The notes beneath the pieces were generated by a model. The model was given only the letters and a program-made list of their open reading frames with translations, was not told the origin of the DNA and did no database searches. A DNA stretch of 64,000 nt from Ancylonema sp. Its lineage: Eukaryota. Where the stretch lies: positions 1 through 64,000 of the forward strand of contig JBFLGF010000075.1 in assembly GCA_050230475.1 (NCBI GenBank), in the 5' to 3' direction. Numbering within the stretch: the stretch's first letter is position 1; every line of letters starts with the position of its first letter. Of this stretch, positions 1 through 12,790 are shown piece after piece. Made by a program: the position numbers and the translations under genes.

Positions 1-1920
1 AGACAGGAATCCAGAGGTGCGGAGAATTTGGTGTCGCGCCTGCAATTCTGCGCGATAGTCTTCCTCTTTGCGTTGAATCGACGGCTTCTTCAACTGCAAC
101 TCCATTAGCAGAAGTTGGCGGTCGCACTTAATGCAACTTCTGGCGTTTCTGCTTGGGTACATGAGTCGCCACACACCATACGAGCGTTCACGCAGCAACA
201 CCTTGAGTTGTCGCCGTAGGCTGGCACTCGGCACGACACGGACAAGGTAAGCAGACCATAAACCTCTATAGAGAGTGCTGGTAGCAACCTTGAAGCGGAA
301 AGGATGTCGAAGAGCAACATTATTGGTTCCATTTGAAATTCGGTCATTTTTTTGCAAATGTTATGAAGTACATCGCACATCGCGCATCGCACACAGTCGG
401 TTTACTGGCTGAGCTGGAGGGTAACTGAATGTAGATAACGGGTTTCAGTCCCTAGCAGCTCGTTCTTTTCTGCATTTGAAATCAATTTATTACAATGACG
501 CCTACAGTTAAAAGGTTTCCACAGTCAAGCGAAACTGAATGAGGACGAAGGACAACATGCCAATCAAAGACCTTCACAACAAACAATTCTTTTGTCTGTA
601 TCATTCAATCCTTGGTTTTATCAAACGGAGGAGAGGGGGTGGGGGAGCTGAGGAGAGAGACATGCCTAAATTTGTGGAGTGGTTGAGTGGATGGAAATGA
701 CTGTTCTCAAAAAAAAATCATGGTCAAAGGTTCTTCAAGAGAGAGCATGGTTTGAAGAGGATCAAATTGTAGGGAGTTCAAATCAATTCGTGCGAATCAA
801 ATCAATGAAAACTTACGTGTGAACAAAAATTGCAAGAGTAGATGTTAGTTCACAAATCTTCGGCGTTCACACCATAAACTCAGAGACTAAACCGGTGTGG
901 CACCATCTTCCAGATTAACACATACCCGACCTGACCAATGCAACTATGTAGCTGTCAATTCATTGTTTTGAGTCCATTGCAGCTTGAGCGGAGATGGCAT
1001 ACTGTACCAATAAAATTACAACATGCAGACGCGAGGCTGTTGGTTGCATTCTGAATAGATATACTCGAGTGTGATACTTGCGTCACCACGAGCGATCAGA
1101 ATGGTCTCTTTTTATGTCATACAATGTCATGTGAGTCATGTTAGTAAAAACGCGATGTTGCTCTATGCGATTTCGTCAATTGCGGATATTCAGGGTTTTG
1201 AAGATTAATTCATCTTAGTTTTTAAGGTGTACGAGGCTACAGGTTGTGTTGTATGAATGAAGTGGTTTTGATGGGTGACATACATGTGTGGAGGTGCAAA
1301 AGGGGCGCAACGCTTAGTGTTTACAGCGATTTGTATATGCACTACGAGCCGACATTTTATTTTTCACCAACACTTTGTGCACAGCTCGTATGTAGAACAT
1401 CAACACTTGTTGTTAAAAAAATCAATAAAATTGACAACCCACACTTCGAGTGAAAAAGTCTTGCGGATTTCGACATTTTGATGCACTCGCGAGAGTTCAA
1501 AACCAATCAAACGCCACACAATATGGTAAGGAACTAGCTTTGGGATATAACGCATTTTTGAAGCCTATCAATGGATGCATCGCATAGCGTGCCTAAATGC
1601 ACACAATAGGGGGGGGAGTAGTGAGATTGTGCGTGTTTTATTCACAACCACCTCCTCCGATCCGATTTGTGATTGTGTGGGGTCTCCATTGTGGTACAGA
1701 CGTCCTCTTTGGTTAGCTCGTATACGTAGCTTGAATAAATTCCGAACACCCTTACTAACCCTTACCAACCCTTATGCGACCTCTCTCCGCATACCACAGA
1801 GGCGCCGCTGGTGTCGTCCATTACAGATATCCAAGCCGCTCGCTGCTTTCTGTACGACGAACCATCATCCATTATCAATTCGAAGGTGAGGATCGTACAC
1901 ATACACAATGCGGCCGACGG

Positions 1921-3052
1921 TTTTTTCGTCTTCAACTTGAACTAATATGTCTATTTAATCTATCTACAACTTACCCATCATCCCCGCCATCCCCACGAAC
2001 CTAATCGCCAGTGCTCCAAAAGCAACGAAACCATTTCCTAAACCCGAAAGGTTCTTCCCTGACTCATCCAGAAGGGGCCTAGTCTACAATCGATTTAAAA
2101 AAATCAGAGTGAGTGTTATTCGCACAAATTTATGTATCACCTTCTCACATACCTCCGACAGCCGAAGCGGCCCCTATGATTGCAAGGCAACGCGACAACG
2201 CAACTAACACCACCTACAGGAGACCACTACAGCAAGTCACAACCACAGGTGGTGCAGGTTGCGTTGTTACGTTGCCTTGCAATCATAGGGGCCGTTCCGG
2301 ATGTCGCTGAGAAATAAATGTTACGCAAATTTGTGCGAATAACACAAACACTGATTTTTTTTAAATTAATTATGTGGACAGTGGACCGCTTTTAGATGAG
2401 TTAGGGAAGAACCTTTCGGGTTCAAGAAATGGTATCGTCGTTTTAGGAGCATTGGCGATCAGCTTGGTGGGAATGGTAGGGATGATGTGTTAGGACCACA
2501 CTGGTGTGTGCTCCTAACACGAGTAATCGTACGATATATAGCCCGACGCGAATCTGACCTTAGAGAAATCGTACAATATATAGTCCGACGCGAATCTGAC
2601 CTTCAGTTTCGTTTCCCGTCACTTTCAGTTTCGCGACTTAAGTTACTAGCGGTCATAATTAATTCCCTTAACCCCGACTTAAGTTATTAGACCTGATGAT
2701 TATTTCCACGAAAACATTCACTAACCATTTATCGAGCTTCGCTCGCTTAAACTAGTATCCGTTCTTACATGTTCAGACCTTCGCTCTTTAGTATACATAC
2801 GAGTCTTATGACTCATTGTATTCGTCCCAAGAAACTCAAGTAATCGTGCTTCCTTTAAGTGCTATTCTTTCCCCTTTCCATTCCGTTTGCACTTATCTCT
2901 ATTTCCTTCCTCTTCCCGACTCTTCCATTTCATTTTCATTATCTCTTCCAATTCAATTCCATTCCTCTCCTCCTATGTACTAAGCTCACCCCTTTACATG
3001 ATGGGTAAGTTGTAGGTAGGTTAAAATACTATTTCAAGTCAAGGACGAAAAT
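1921..3052. mobile_element. Foldback/MITE-like element with ~210-bp imperfect inverted arms; right arm interrupted by a solo LTR
   Basis: 1921-2131 is the imperfect reverse complement of 2327-2487 plus 3004-3052 (e.g. CCCGAAAGGTTCTTCCCT vs AGGGAAGAACCTTTCGGG; GTGTTATTCGCACAAATTT vs AAATTTGTGCGAATAACAC). Confidence 0.75.
2488..2998. mobile_element. Solo LTR, 511 bp
   Basis: Begins TGTTAGG and ends CCTTTACA, flanked by the 5-bp direct repeat TGATG (2483-2487, 2999-3003). Removing it restores the continuous inverted arm. Contains an internal ~42-bp direct repeat. Confidence 0.8.
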
Positions 3053-4905
3053 TGTTTAGAAAGTTGGAGAAGTGTATTAGTACATTTTGATATCACCTTT
3101 TCTTGCATATGCAAAAAATGGCATGACCCTACTCGAAGGGGGGACCGTCACTACAGCCCAATTGGCAAAATATGGTAAAATAAATTGATTATTTTATTAT
3201 TTTATTTTAAATCTGGCGGAGAGAGAGGCCCTATAGAAGGGAATGGACGAAAAACTCATCACCTAGCTCCAAAATGTAACAACGACGGAACAACAAGGTT
3301 AAAAAAATCGGAATACACAAACACTCAAGGGTGTAACAGTTCTCTCTCCCTCTAAATTTGGATAAATATTTGATTTGGAAGACAAAATCGAGAAGGCAGC
3401 AATCGCACAGGCGAAGGGTGTATATGTGAATTGTTAGTCAAAGGTATTAAAAAATATTTGTTCTCTTTCATTCTCTTCTTGCGGATGTGGCGAACAGTAT
3501 ATTGGTTCAAAAGTTGATGAATCAATGGACGTAGGGCGATATGGGTCGAACAGAAGATGATCTACGAACCTTGATCCGTGATTTAAACCACGGGTTTGTT
3601 GCACTCGAGGACAGAATAGAAGGTGTTCGAAAAGACGTGGTTACTGACTTAAATGAGGAGTAAGGTTTGAAAGAAGCATGTCTATAAGTGATTGAAAATA
3701 GTCTCCAAGATATACGACCTATAGAGATATAAGGTGTTTTCAAAGGCACTTTAAAATATGTCATGAAGTGTTTTATCGGCATATTACCAATAGACTCGTG
3801 GATGCCTCCCACCTAGTGATAAGCCTTGCTATATGTACGTTGATAAGGCATGCACACGATTTCATGAGCCTTTGAACCCCTCGAACCAAATACATGAAAT
3901 ACAATTTGCAAGAGTTCCTCTTGCATGAATGGGACTCGGGCCGTATCGTGTCGGACATTGATACGCATATGGGAACAAACTCAAAATTGAATGGCGTGTT
4001 GAATGGATCGATACGATACGGTGTCTCGGAGGATCATAGTGACGTATCGTGCAACTATGCTTTCCTACATATTTACTACGTGACAATGTGTGCAAATGCT
4101 AAAAGAAATCCACGTACGTTTAATTTTTCAAAAATTAAAGGTATGAAGATTTATATATGGTTGCAAGACGACGGGGACCCCATCTTATTATAAGAACGTG
4201 CCTGTAGAGAAACTCCATAACTAAAACCTTAAATTGTAAACTGATCGGAGTAGACAAAGCCAGCAAAAATAGGTAACTCCGTGGCGAAAAGTGGAATGCA
4301 CGGTGGAGGGGGAGGTAACAAAGCCATATATGATTCTACACAAAGGGTTCTAGCATGTATGACGTGTGTTAGAGACTCTAGATATGTGCACACTCATTAA
4401 TTCACTCAAGCATTCCCTAGAAATAAATTTCTGGAGGAATTCCGTTTACAAAATATTCTCACATACACATCGAAAAAACGAATCAGATAGACAAATGTTG
4501 TGGAAGCAAGATTCTAAAATTTGGAAGCAAATATTATTTACAAAGAGCTTGGTAATCGTATTCATTAATTATCGAAGCATAACAAAAAAGTGTAGACATC
4601 GCGAAATGTGATCTTACAACCTAGTGGGACCTACTCCATTGGAACAAAGGGTGATGGGGATATAGGAAAAAACACCTCTTCACTCACCTTCACCTCACCC
4701 CTTATTCCATTACCCTCCCACTAAATGATAGTTCACACAAACACACGATTCTACTCTCTCTCTTTAACAAGCTTCTTCTTACACACATCCTTGACATGAG
4801 CCTCTCCATGTATTTACAAAAGAATTGTTCTTTTCCTCTCACAGAAACAAGGGTTAATTACGACAGACATCTGCCAAACCCACGTGTATTTTCTATACAC
4901 CTTCT

Positions 4906-7900
4906 CTACACATCTTTTACCTCACTCCCACGTGCTGCCAGCTGCCTCCATTTAACCATCCTCTCCCCCATCCCCTCTCCTCCACCCTTCCCCACCTCCT
5001 CCTTCCTACTTTGACGCCCCTTTTTCCGCCTTGCTTTCTCTTCCCCTTGTTCTCCCATTTCCCCCTTCACTTTTGCCGCTTTTGCCATCAACGCCTTTCT
5101 TTCTACAAACATCATCTTCTTCTTCCTGCTCTCCTTCTTATCTACAAGCGCCGCACGAATATACAATTGCAACGCTGCCTCGCCATCACCCAACAGCTCT
5201 TCCAATCCCGCAGCAGCCTGCCACAAATTGTACCAAATGTTGTTACCCCCTCCTCACCTTCTTCTTTCTCTTCTTCCCACTATCACATTGATTGATCTCC
5301 TACAAGCGTTGCAATACTACACTACAAATCATTTCGTAGACTGAAGATCCGAAAGGTCATGATCGCTCCATCCACTACACCTCTACTGTGATCAATAGAC
5401 CTATTCCCCCACCCGATTCCCCCGTCTACCTACTCCCACCACTCCCTTAAACTCCCATCCCACCCAGCCAGAGAGGTGGGATCAGCACCCCTCTCATCTG
5501 TTACCTACCCAGAACACACACACTCACTTGCAGGGTGGCGGCATTGTCCGGATCTGCTGCCAACGCCAGTGCTAGGAGACTTCTGGAGGCGGGCAGGTTC
5601 CCACACTGCTTCTCCATCAGGGCATAGGCCTGCAGGCGGACAGGGATAGAGGGGGGGGGTTTATACCATCTTGAGCGCAGTTGCACACACAACAGGACAC
5701 CTAGATATATTTTTCTTTGAGACTTATAATGGGTGCACAACAGCAAAGCTCCAGAACTTTATCGGCAGACAATAAAAGTGGCAGCTGTATAACATCTGCA
5801 CAAAAGTGAGATTCGCGGCATGGGGACACGCTAGCAGCGTGCTACGCAGCACCCCCCACCCTCCCCACCTGCAGGCTGGGCACGTTAGCAGGTCCCACCA
5901 ACAGCCCCTTCTCAAAGAGTTCCCTCGCCTTCCCCGTGTCGCCTGCCTCTGCCTCCATCACAGCCCAAGCCTGCGTGCCACAGCACGAAACGGACCAAAA
6001 CTCAGAACCAGAAACCAGAAACCAGAAACCAGAAACCAGAAACCAAAAACCAGAAACCAGAAACCAGAAACCTGAAACTATGAACCGGAACCTCCGACCA
6101 GAATCGTAGACCACACCTTCAAAACATTTGCTGACTGACCTCAGAACCTGAAACCTTGAATCAAAACCTTGAATCAGAACCAGAAGTTTGAACCAGAAGT
6201 TTGAACCAGAAGTTTGAACCCCAATCGAGGCGGAGACCTCTTCCCATGGCTGACCCTCTCACCTGCCACGCGTGCACGGAGTGCGAGGCCAGATCTGTGC
6301 AGCGCTGGAAGAGCTCTCTGGCTTGCTGCTGCCCCTCAGGTGAATGCAACAGAGCCTCATAGTGGGCCCACGCCTGGAGGGCGTGCACGCTGCTGGGGTC
6401 CACCTGCAACGAATCCGACACCCACACGGCTGTTCTGCCTCAAATACGTCGTGGCGGGACTCAATTGGCTTTCATTGATTGGATATTTGTAGGTGCCTTG
6501 AAAGCGCGTCTACATTTTACAGTGGGTCGTTTCGACACGGATACCTTGAGAGCCTGTTGGAAGAGGTGTCGCATTTTCGCAGTGTCGCCCTGTTCTGCCT
6601 CGAACACACCCCAAGCCTGCATGGCGTAAAAGGGGGACACTGCGAATCAGGCCACTTCCAGATCATCATCATGCTGCAGCAAAAACTCGCAAACACTGCA
6701 TACAGACACAGTCAATCACAGACAGCTTCCCCTCCATACAAGCACATTCCCCCCCCCCCACCTGCCAGCATGCAGCATCCCTGGGCGCCACCTGTACAGC
6801 CTCCTCGAAAAACCTCCTAGCCTCCTTGTAGTTGTGTGCCCGTGCCTCTAGCAGCGCTCTCGACAGTAGCACTACTGCGTTCCCGGGCTGTAGCATCTGC
6901 GCCCGCTCTAACACAGTGCGAGCCTTGGCCCACCGCCCATCCTTCTGCTCGACCATGGCCCACGCATGCAGCCCGTGCACACTGGCAAAAACCATGTTGT
7001 CCTGGGGAGGGGGAGGGGGGGGGTGGGGCGGGTGGGTATGTTTGTTGATAAGGGAGTGGGTGGGAAGGGAGGGGATGGGAAGTTGAGCACTGATGTGCTG
7101 ACTGTGAAGGGGGTGAAGGGAGCTGTCATGTATATGAGGGGAAAATATGCAAAATGCGAATCAGGGTTTTTGGTGTGAGACAGGGCTGACTAGGGCTGAT
7201 TTGTGCCCCTGCAGGTCATGCCAGAAAGTGGAAGGCAAAAAGTAGATTGCAAAATTGAAGCCCCACTCATCCTGGTGCAAGCCCACTCCTCTTCCCCCTC
7301 AGGACCATTTCTGCCACCTCCCTTACTTTTTCTGCCACCACCAGGGCTTGCTTGAATAAGCTTCGCGCCTGCCCCCATTTCCGACATGATCCCTCCAACG
7401 TGCCCCACGCCAGCAGCGCCCGCACAAACTCCTCCCCCTCCCGCCTCACCAGCCCGTAGTTGTGGATGGCCTGCTCGTACCGACTGCGGGCAGCAGCCAC
7501 ATTGCCTGAACCCCAACCCCCACCCCCACACACACACTCTTTTAAGATTAACATTTGGTCCTTCCCATCCGCACCAGATCTTGTTAAGGGGGGGCAGCAT
7601 TGGGTTCACAGGCGGGAAAGTGATTCAATTCTGCAATGGAGAAACCCCTCTCCTGTGATTCCTGGATCATCTCCCCTCCCCCCACCCCCCACCTGCTTTC
7701 CTCTCCAGCTGTGCGTAATGCACCCACACGTTGGGATGCAGGGGATTGGTTTGCAGCATCTGCCACCCACCCCCCCACCAGCCGCGTTCATCCACCACGC
7801 ACCAGTGGACTGTGCCCAACACTCGGACCCCTCAAACTCCTATTCTTCAACAATAAACCTGAGCCCTGAACCCTGAACCCTAAATCCAAAACGAAAAACC

Positions 7901-10900
7901 TCTCCTGAGCGTCCATCTGAGAACCTAAACCTTCATTTATATATTGCTCAGCACGAACTTCCTGACCATACCTGCTGCAACAGCTGGCGCGCCCTTGCTA
8001 GCCCCTCCCCCCTCTCCTTCATCATCTTCCTCACGCTGCGCAGCTGCTCCTCAATCTCCTCCTCACGCAATTCCATCACAGGCTCCATCTCCCCCCTCCG
8101 CCCGCCCACCACCTCCTCCTCCATCTCCCCCATCCCCCAAGCCTCCGTCCCCCTTCCCACCCTCTCCACCAGAGTCATCCTGACGGGAGGTCTGGGGGTG
8201 GCAGAGAGGCTGGGTGCACGCACAGTCACTCTTGCAACTTCCTTGGACACATTTACAACCTGGGATTCAGCGCCAGGTGGCAACAATCTCTCCCATTGAG
8301 ATCCCCCCCCATTGAGATTCCCTTCCTCCCCCCCCCCGTCCCTCTCTCCTTCACCCCCCAAGGTCTCCGATGCGAGTCGGGCGGGCGGCAGGACTGTGGT
8401 CAGCGATTCCTGGTACTGGCGATCCACGTCAGGAAGGTTCCGGAGCACGCGCACCTGCGCTCAGAGCGGGTAAGAGGTAAAACATTGGTCATAAACCCCA
8501 AACCCGGAACACAAAACTCGAAACCCAGAACCTTGAACCATGTGTCCAGAAACCGATACCAACATTCTACCCACATGTCACATTCCTATCACTTGTACAC
8601 CTGGCAGAGAAAGAGGCGATGGGAGAGGATTTCACGTCCACACCTGTCGCCTAAAGTCTGCGAATTCCGCCACACTGATACTCCCATCCGTGTTCGAATC
8701 CAGAAGCGCCATAAGCTCCCTAACATCCTCCCCGACTCCAACCGTCTCCCCAGCCCCCAGCTCCTCCAGCACAGCCCTGACCTCCTCCATGCTAATCACC
8801 CCATCCCCATTTTTATCAAACAACTCAAACATTTGATCTCGGGGCAGCCGCAGGGAGGGGTGGCTGTGGGGTTCAACTTCCGGTGGCTCCGTGTCGCTGT
8901 ATGCTGCTTCGGTGATGCTGCCAGCCGCTGCTTCTGCCAATGCGCTCACAAGGGCTCGAAGCTGCTGGACCTATGGGAGAAAAAGAATTCTCTTAGGTTG
9001 TATCCCCTCAAACCCCCCCCCCCCCTATTCTTGCTGATTATGCATGTATGTGTCGATGAAGGATTAGAAGAAGGGGGGTGCATATAGCGACTTCCATCAG
9101 TGCATCGAGAGGGATTGTACGACCCACTGTCGATCCCTTCAGACCTGATATTTATTCCTTACGTGGCCATCCATATGACACCTAAAACACTTGTAACCCT
9201 CACAGCCCTTGTATCAATGTGTGGCAGTGGTAGCACACCTGCTGCGTATCCGTGAACCCTCCCTTATAGGCACCATGTGCGGCTGCCCCATGCACTGCCA
9301 GCAGATCCATCCCTTCTGTCCGGATCTGCAGCTCCAGTGGGGGGCTGGAGTCGAAAGCGTCCAGATACACCGCACTGTGCAGACTCTGGTAGCCGTTGCC
9401 TTTGGGGTCTCGAATATAGTCCTTGCTTCGCTCCGGAATCTCGGACCACAGAGAGAGCGCCACCTGTCTCGCTCTGTAACAGACCTCCTCCCCCCTCCTC
9501 GTCTCCTCTACAAGCCCACCCCCAGCCTTGGGCACGATGATGACTCTGAGCCCCAGGATATCAAACACCTGCTGCCTCTTCCTCCCATCCCGGATCAGCT
9601 TCTTCATTGTGCTGTACAGACTCTTACACCGCCCCAACACGCTCACAGACTGCGTGAGCTGCTTCGTCATTGTGTCCCCCTCCAACGCCTCCCTCAACCG
9701 CAACCGACAACCCTCCACCACCGACTGTGGATCCGCCCAGTGCCCCTGTAGCCACTGCTCCATAGACTTGTAGGATTCGGGGAAAAGACGACGAAAAGCA
9801 ATGTCCTCCAACTCCCAAAGCATCGATCCAGTCCCTAAGGAATGGGCCATGGGCGCCCAGATCTGCATGCTCTCCAGTGCCAGCACCTGCTGCTGCCACC
9901 TGGGCAGGGCTGCCAGGTGGCGCATGGAATCCAACGTGGCCGCCAGCTGGACGAGGATGGCGCGGGGGTCGTGGAACCCTAGACAGAAATTTCGGATTTC
10001 TGCGGCGGTTGCATCGTCCAAGCACTCCGCTGTGCCTGACAGGTGTCGCACTTTCACGCTGTCATGTAGGATACGGCTCACGGCTGCTCCCAGCTGAGCT
10101 TCGACGGTTGCAAGAGAGAGGCGGCCGCAGTCAAGGGCCTCACGGAGCAAACCTGCTGCTATTGTTTCAGCATCCATCTGGAGCAAACGCGAAGTGAGAG
10201 ATACAGACATGCTGTGTAAGAGGGATTGTAGAGGCACATGTGGGGTGTGCGTGGTGAAAGAGAGGACATGGAATTTGAAACAGGCCCAGGAGCAGGGGTA
10301 AATCCAGGAGTGAAATGAGAAGCTGTGACGGGGATGGTGAATGTGAGCAGCACACCCTGACTCCCCCCTCCCTTGTCTGTCAATGATATGTGATAGACTC
10401 AGCAGACTGAATAAAGGGAAAACAGGAAGAAGCCCTTCTAGATATAAGCAGCAAGGTTATGACATCAGCAGGGTAGAGCATACATATGGAGGACACCACT
10501 TTGCTATGCAGAGGCCAAGTGAGGTGATAAGAGTAGGTGTCCACTGATGACTGTGTTCTGAACGAACTCTAGTGCTCCAAATGGATACAAAATGCTTTGT
10601 TCTCCGTTTAATATCCCGTGATCTCAAAGACCTCTTCAGCAAAATAGATATATACCTGAGAAAGTCTGCCTCATCTTTTTTGAAAGTGTACTCTGTATCC
10701 TTACCCGAAGATCCGCAAGAATCATGGCAATGGCGAGTGCCCTGCCCGCCCCCAGCCTCCCATCCTCCCTGTGGCTGTCCCTAAGCGCCGGTACTGCCAG
10801 CTTCAGCGCCGCAACCAGCAATTGCGCCTCGGAACTCCTGAGTGCTTGCGATGGTAGCCTGAGGGCTAAAGCATCCCATGCCGCAAAAAGCTCCACTACC

Positions 10901-11475
10901 CGTTTGCCGCCCATACTCTCAACCGCCACCAATTTGCCCCCCTGGAAAGATGGTAATGCACGCTCGCGCTCTACCCACACTTCAGCACCGTCACTGTCCA
11001 CGTCAGTTTCCAATTCTGCATCATCCGTACATTCTCCAGGCCCGTCATCCTCCCGTCCAGGTTGTGCAAGATCCTCAACACTGCTCTGGACGGCTGTGGA
11101 CGCACCAAATCTGCGCTTGAAATCTTCGCGAAGACCCTCAAAAGTTGCTGATTGCTCCTGCTCTATATTCATTTTGACTTCTTGCAGCAGATCTTCCATA
11201 GAGCCTCTCGCCCCTGTCCCATACGCTTGACGTCCGATGAAGGCGCGGCGACAAATGCGAGAAACAGACTTATGATTTAACAATTTTGTACCAGGACGAC
11301 GAGGCGCCCCCCTTGAAAAAAGTCCATCATCAGACTGACCCGCAATTAAGAGCACATCCCTACAGTACGAGACGGGAAGAAACACGCGTTTTCTACAGAT
11401 TGAGGTAAAAGGAGAAAATGTGATCGGGGGAATGACATGCGTGTTCGCCACGAGAAAGTTCGTAGCTTGAAGCAT
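4906..11475 (-). CDS. CRSH: Ca2+-activated RelA/SpoT homolog (CRSH/RSH4-type (p)ppGpp synthetase, 2 EF-hands) with a C-terminal HAT/TPR-repeat extension; 12 exons, ~1244 aa
   Basis: Exons 11475-10705, 10177-9239, 8970-8644, 8454-7972, 7759-7693, 7505-7327, 7001-6762, 6616-6545, 6403-6263, 5970-5869, 5629-5528, 5217-4906. All introns are GT-AG and phase-compatible, total 3735 nt. N-terminus is transit-peptide-like. Hydrolase region is degenerate (ADLR-MDAETIAAGLLRE, no HD). Synthetase motifs GRCKSLYS, DILGLRV, KDYI..PK.NGYQSLH, LELQIRT. EF loops DKNGDGVISMEE and DSNTDGSISVAE. Then repeats of the type AWAxxExxxGxxxxARxLF. Confidence 0.9.
6003..6220. repeat. Intronic (CCAGAAA)n heptamer array and related AACC-rich repeats
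   Basis: About 10 CCAGAAA units at 6003-6075, then AAACCTTGAATC and AACCAGAAGTTTG repeats. Confidence 0.85.
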
Positions 11476-12232
11476 ATCCAATCACTTCCCGTATATAGCT
11501 TTGCAATTCTCGCTTTCTGAATACGTGATAAACGTGTAATAGTGAACTCCAACGATTGTCGTAATTATCGTGTGGCTCAATTGCTGGCAGACAGTAATAA
11601 TCCAGGCGATACGCGCTGGTTGACCACTGAGTAACCTATATGGGCCGACAGCGCTTCTTGTGAGTGTCAACAGGTTTGCGGGAATTGTCAGAACCACCGT
11701 GTCTTCGGGTACGTAGCCTACCTACCCTGAATGATTTCACGAGGAATGACAGCGTGGCAAAAATTACTGAAGCGGGTGGGCAAAACTACTTTCCCTCGAT
11801 ATCATGCCTGCGTGGTCGAATGTGAATAAAGACTTTACAGCAAAATAAAGACTCAAGATTTGGTGGAGCAACCAAGAGCAATACCAACACGTGTATGGAA
11901 TCCCAGTTGTGCACATCGATTCTCGACAACGTGGCTGTTTTAAAGGCTCAATACGCGTACTAAATAAAGACGTGTCGAAAAATCTTGTCTGAAGATTGTG
12001 GGGCATTCAACGTCAGTCTCTGGAGTGGAATGTGAGCACTCGGGTTGGACAATCTGCCCACCTGTCCACCCGTCCACCCGTCCACCCGCTCTCCAACATG
12101 AATCCAGATCGGGATAGGGGGTCCTACCACGGGAAGGGGGGGGTCCACCCGCGGCACAAAAAAAAATCAGTGTCCCAAAGGTGTGCTCATAATGAATATT
12201 TGATGTGTATCTTGTTAGAAGATACACAAAAC

Positions 12233-12790
12233 CAGGGTTCGCCGATATGCCGTCTTTCGCCTGGCGTAATATGCTAAATTAGCGTGGTATGGCCTCAGCG
12301 AATTAAATACGCTACAAAACGCTCTACAAATACGCTTGAATGTGGTGGCTCTAAATGCCTAGAGTTTACAATACGCACACTGTAAAAAAATTCGTTCTAT
12401 CGAACACACGTGCGCGATATGCGTCATTTGAAAGACGATAATTTCGTTGAGGAGAAGACCGTCGTGACGAACTCGGCAAACCCACCATGTTCACCACCCT
12501 AGTGCTGTGGTACACGTTAAGGAGCTATCACACCTCTTGTACACATAGTCATCATAAAAAAAATCATGGGTTCTTGACGATATTGACGCCATCCGCCTTG
12601 TTTCAAAAGGACAAATCAATGAATTGGCTTTGACATGAGGTGCATCAAAATCCAGAGTCAGAAAATCCCTAAAATTGGGAGGTTTGGCACTATCAGCGTA
12701 TCACGTATCGACCTCCCAAATGTAATACGCTAAATTAACGTATTCCAAATCTAGCGTATTGAGTAGCGTATAGCGTAATGGCGAACACTA
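12233..12790. mobile_element. hAT-type MITE, 558 bp
   Basis: Imperfect TIRs CAGGGTTCGCC ... GGCGAACACTA, with a perfect 8-bp TSD CACAAAAC (12225-12232, 12791-12798). Confidence 0.8.

Noticed and set aside
1..400. Possible exon of a neighbouring gene
   Set aside because: No recognisable motif or supported splice structure within the window.
2733..2756. CGAGCTTCGCTCG hairpin plus CTAG as a Helitron 3' end
   Set aside because: Short stem, lies inside a TSD-bounded solo LTR, and no 5' end was found.
8296..9087. 263-aa plus-strand ORF, and other long antisense ORFs (9209-9751, 53629-54651, 45578-46132)
   Set aside because: Antisense shadows of GC-rich exons and low-complexity introns; no recognisable domains.
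9200..10237. Stand-alone bacterial-type small alarmone synthetase or toxin
   Set aside because: It is exon 2 of the spliced CRSH gene, with canonical splice sites on both sides.
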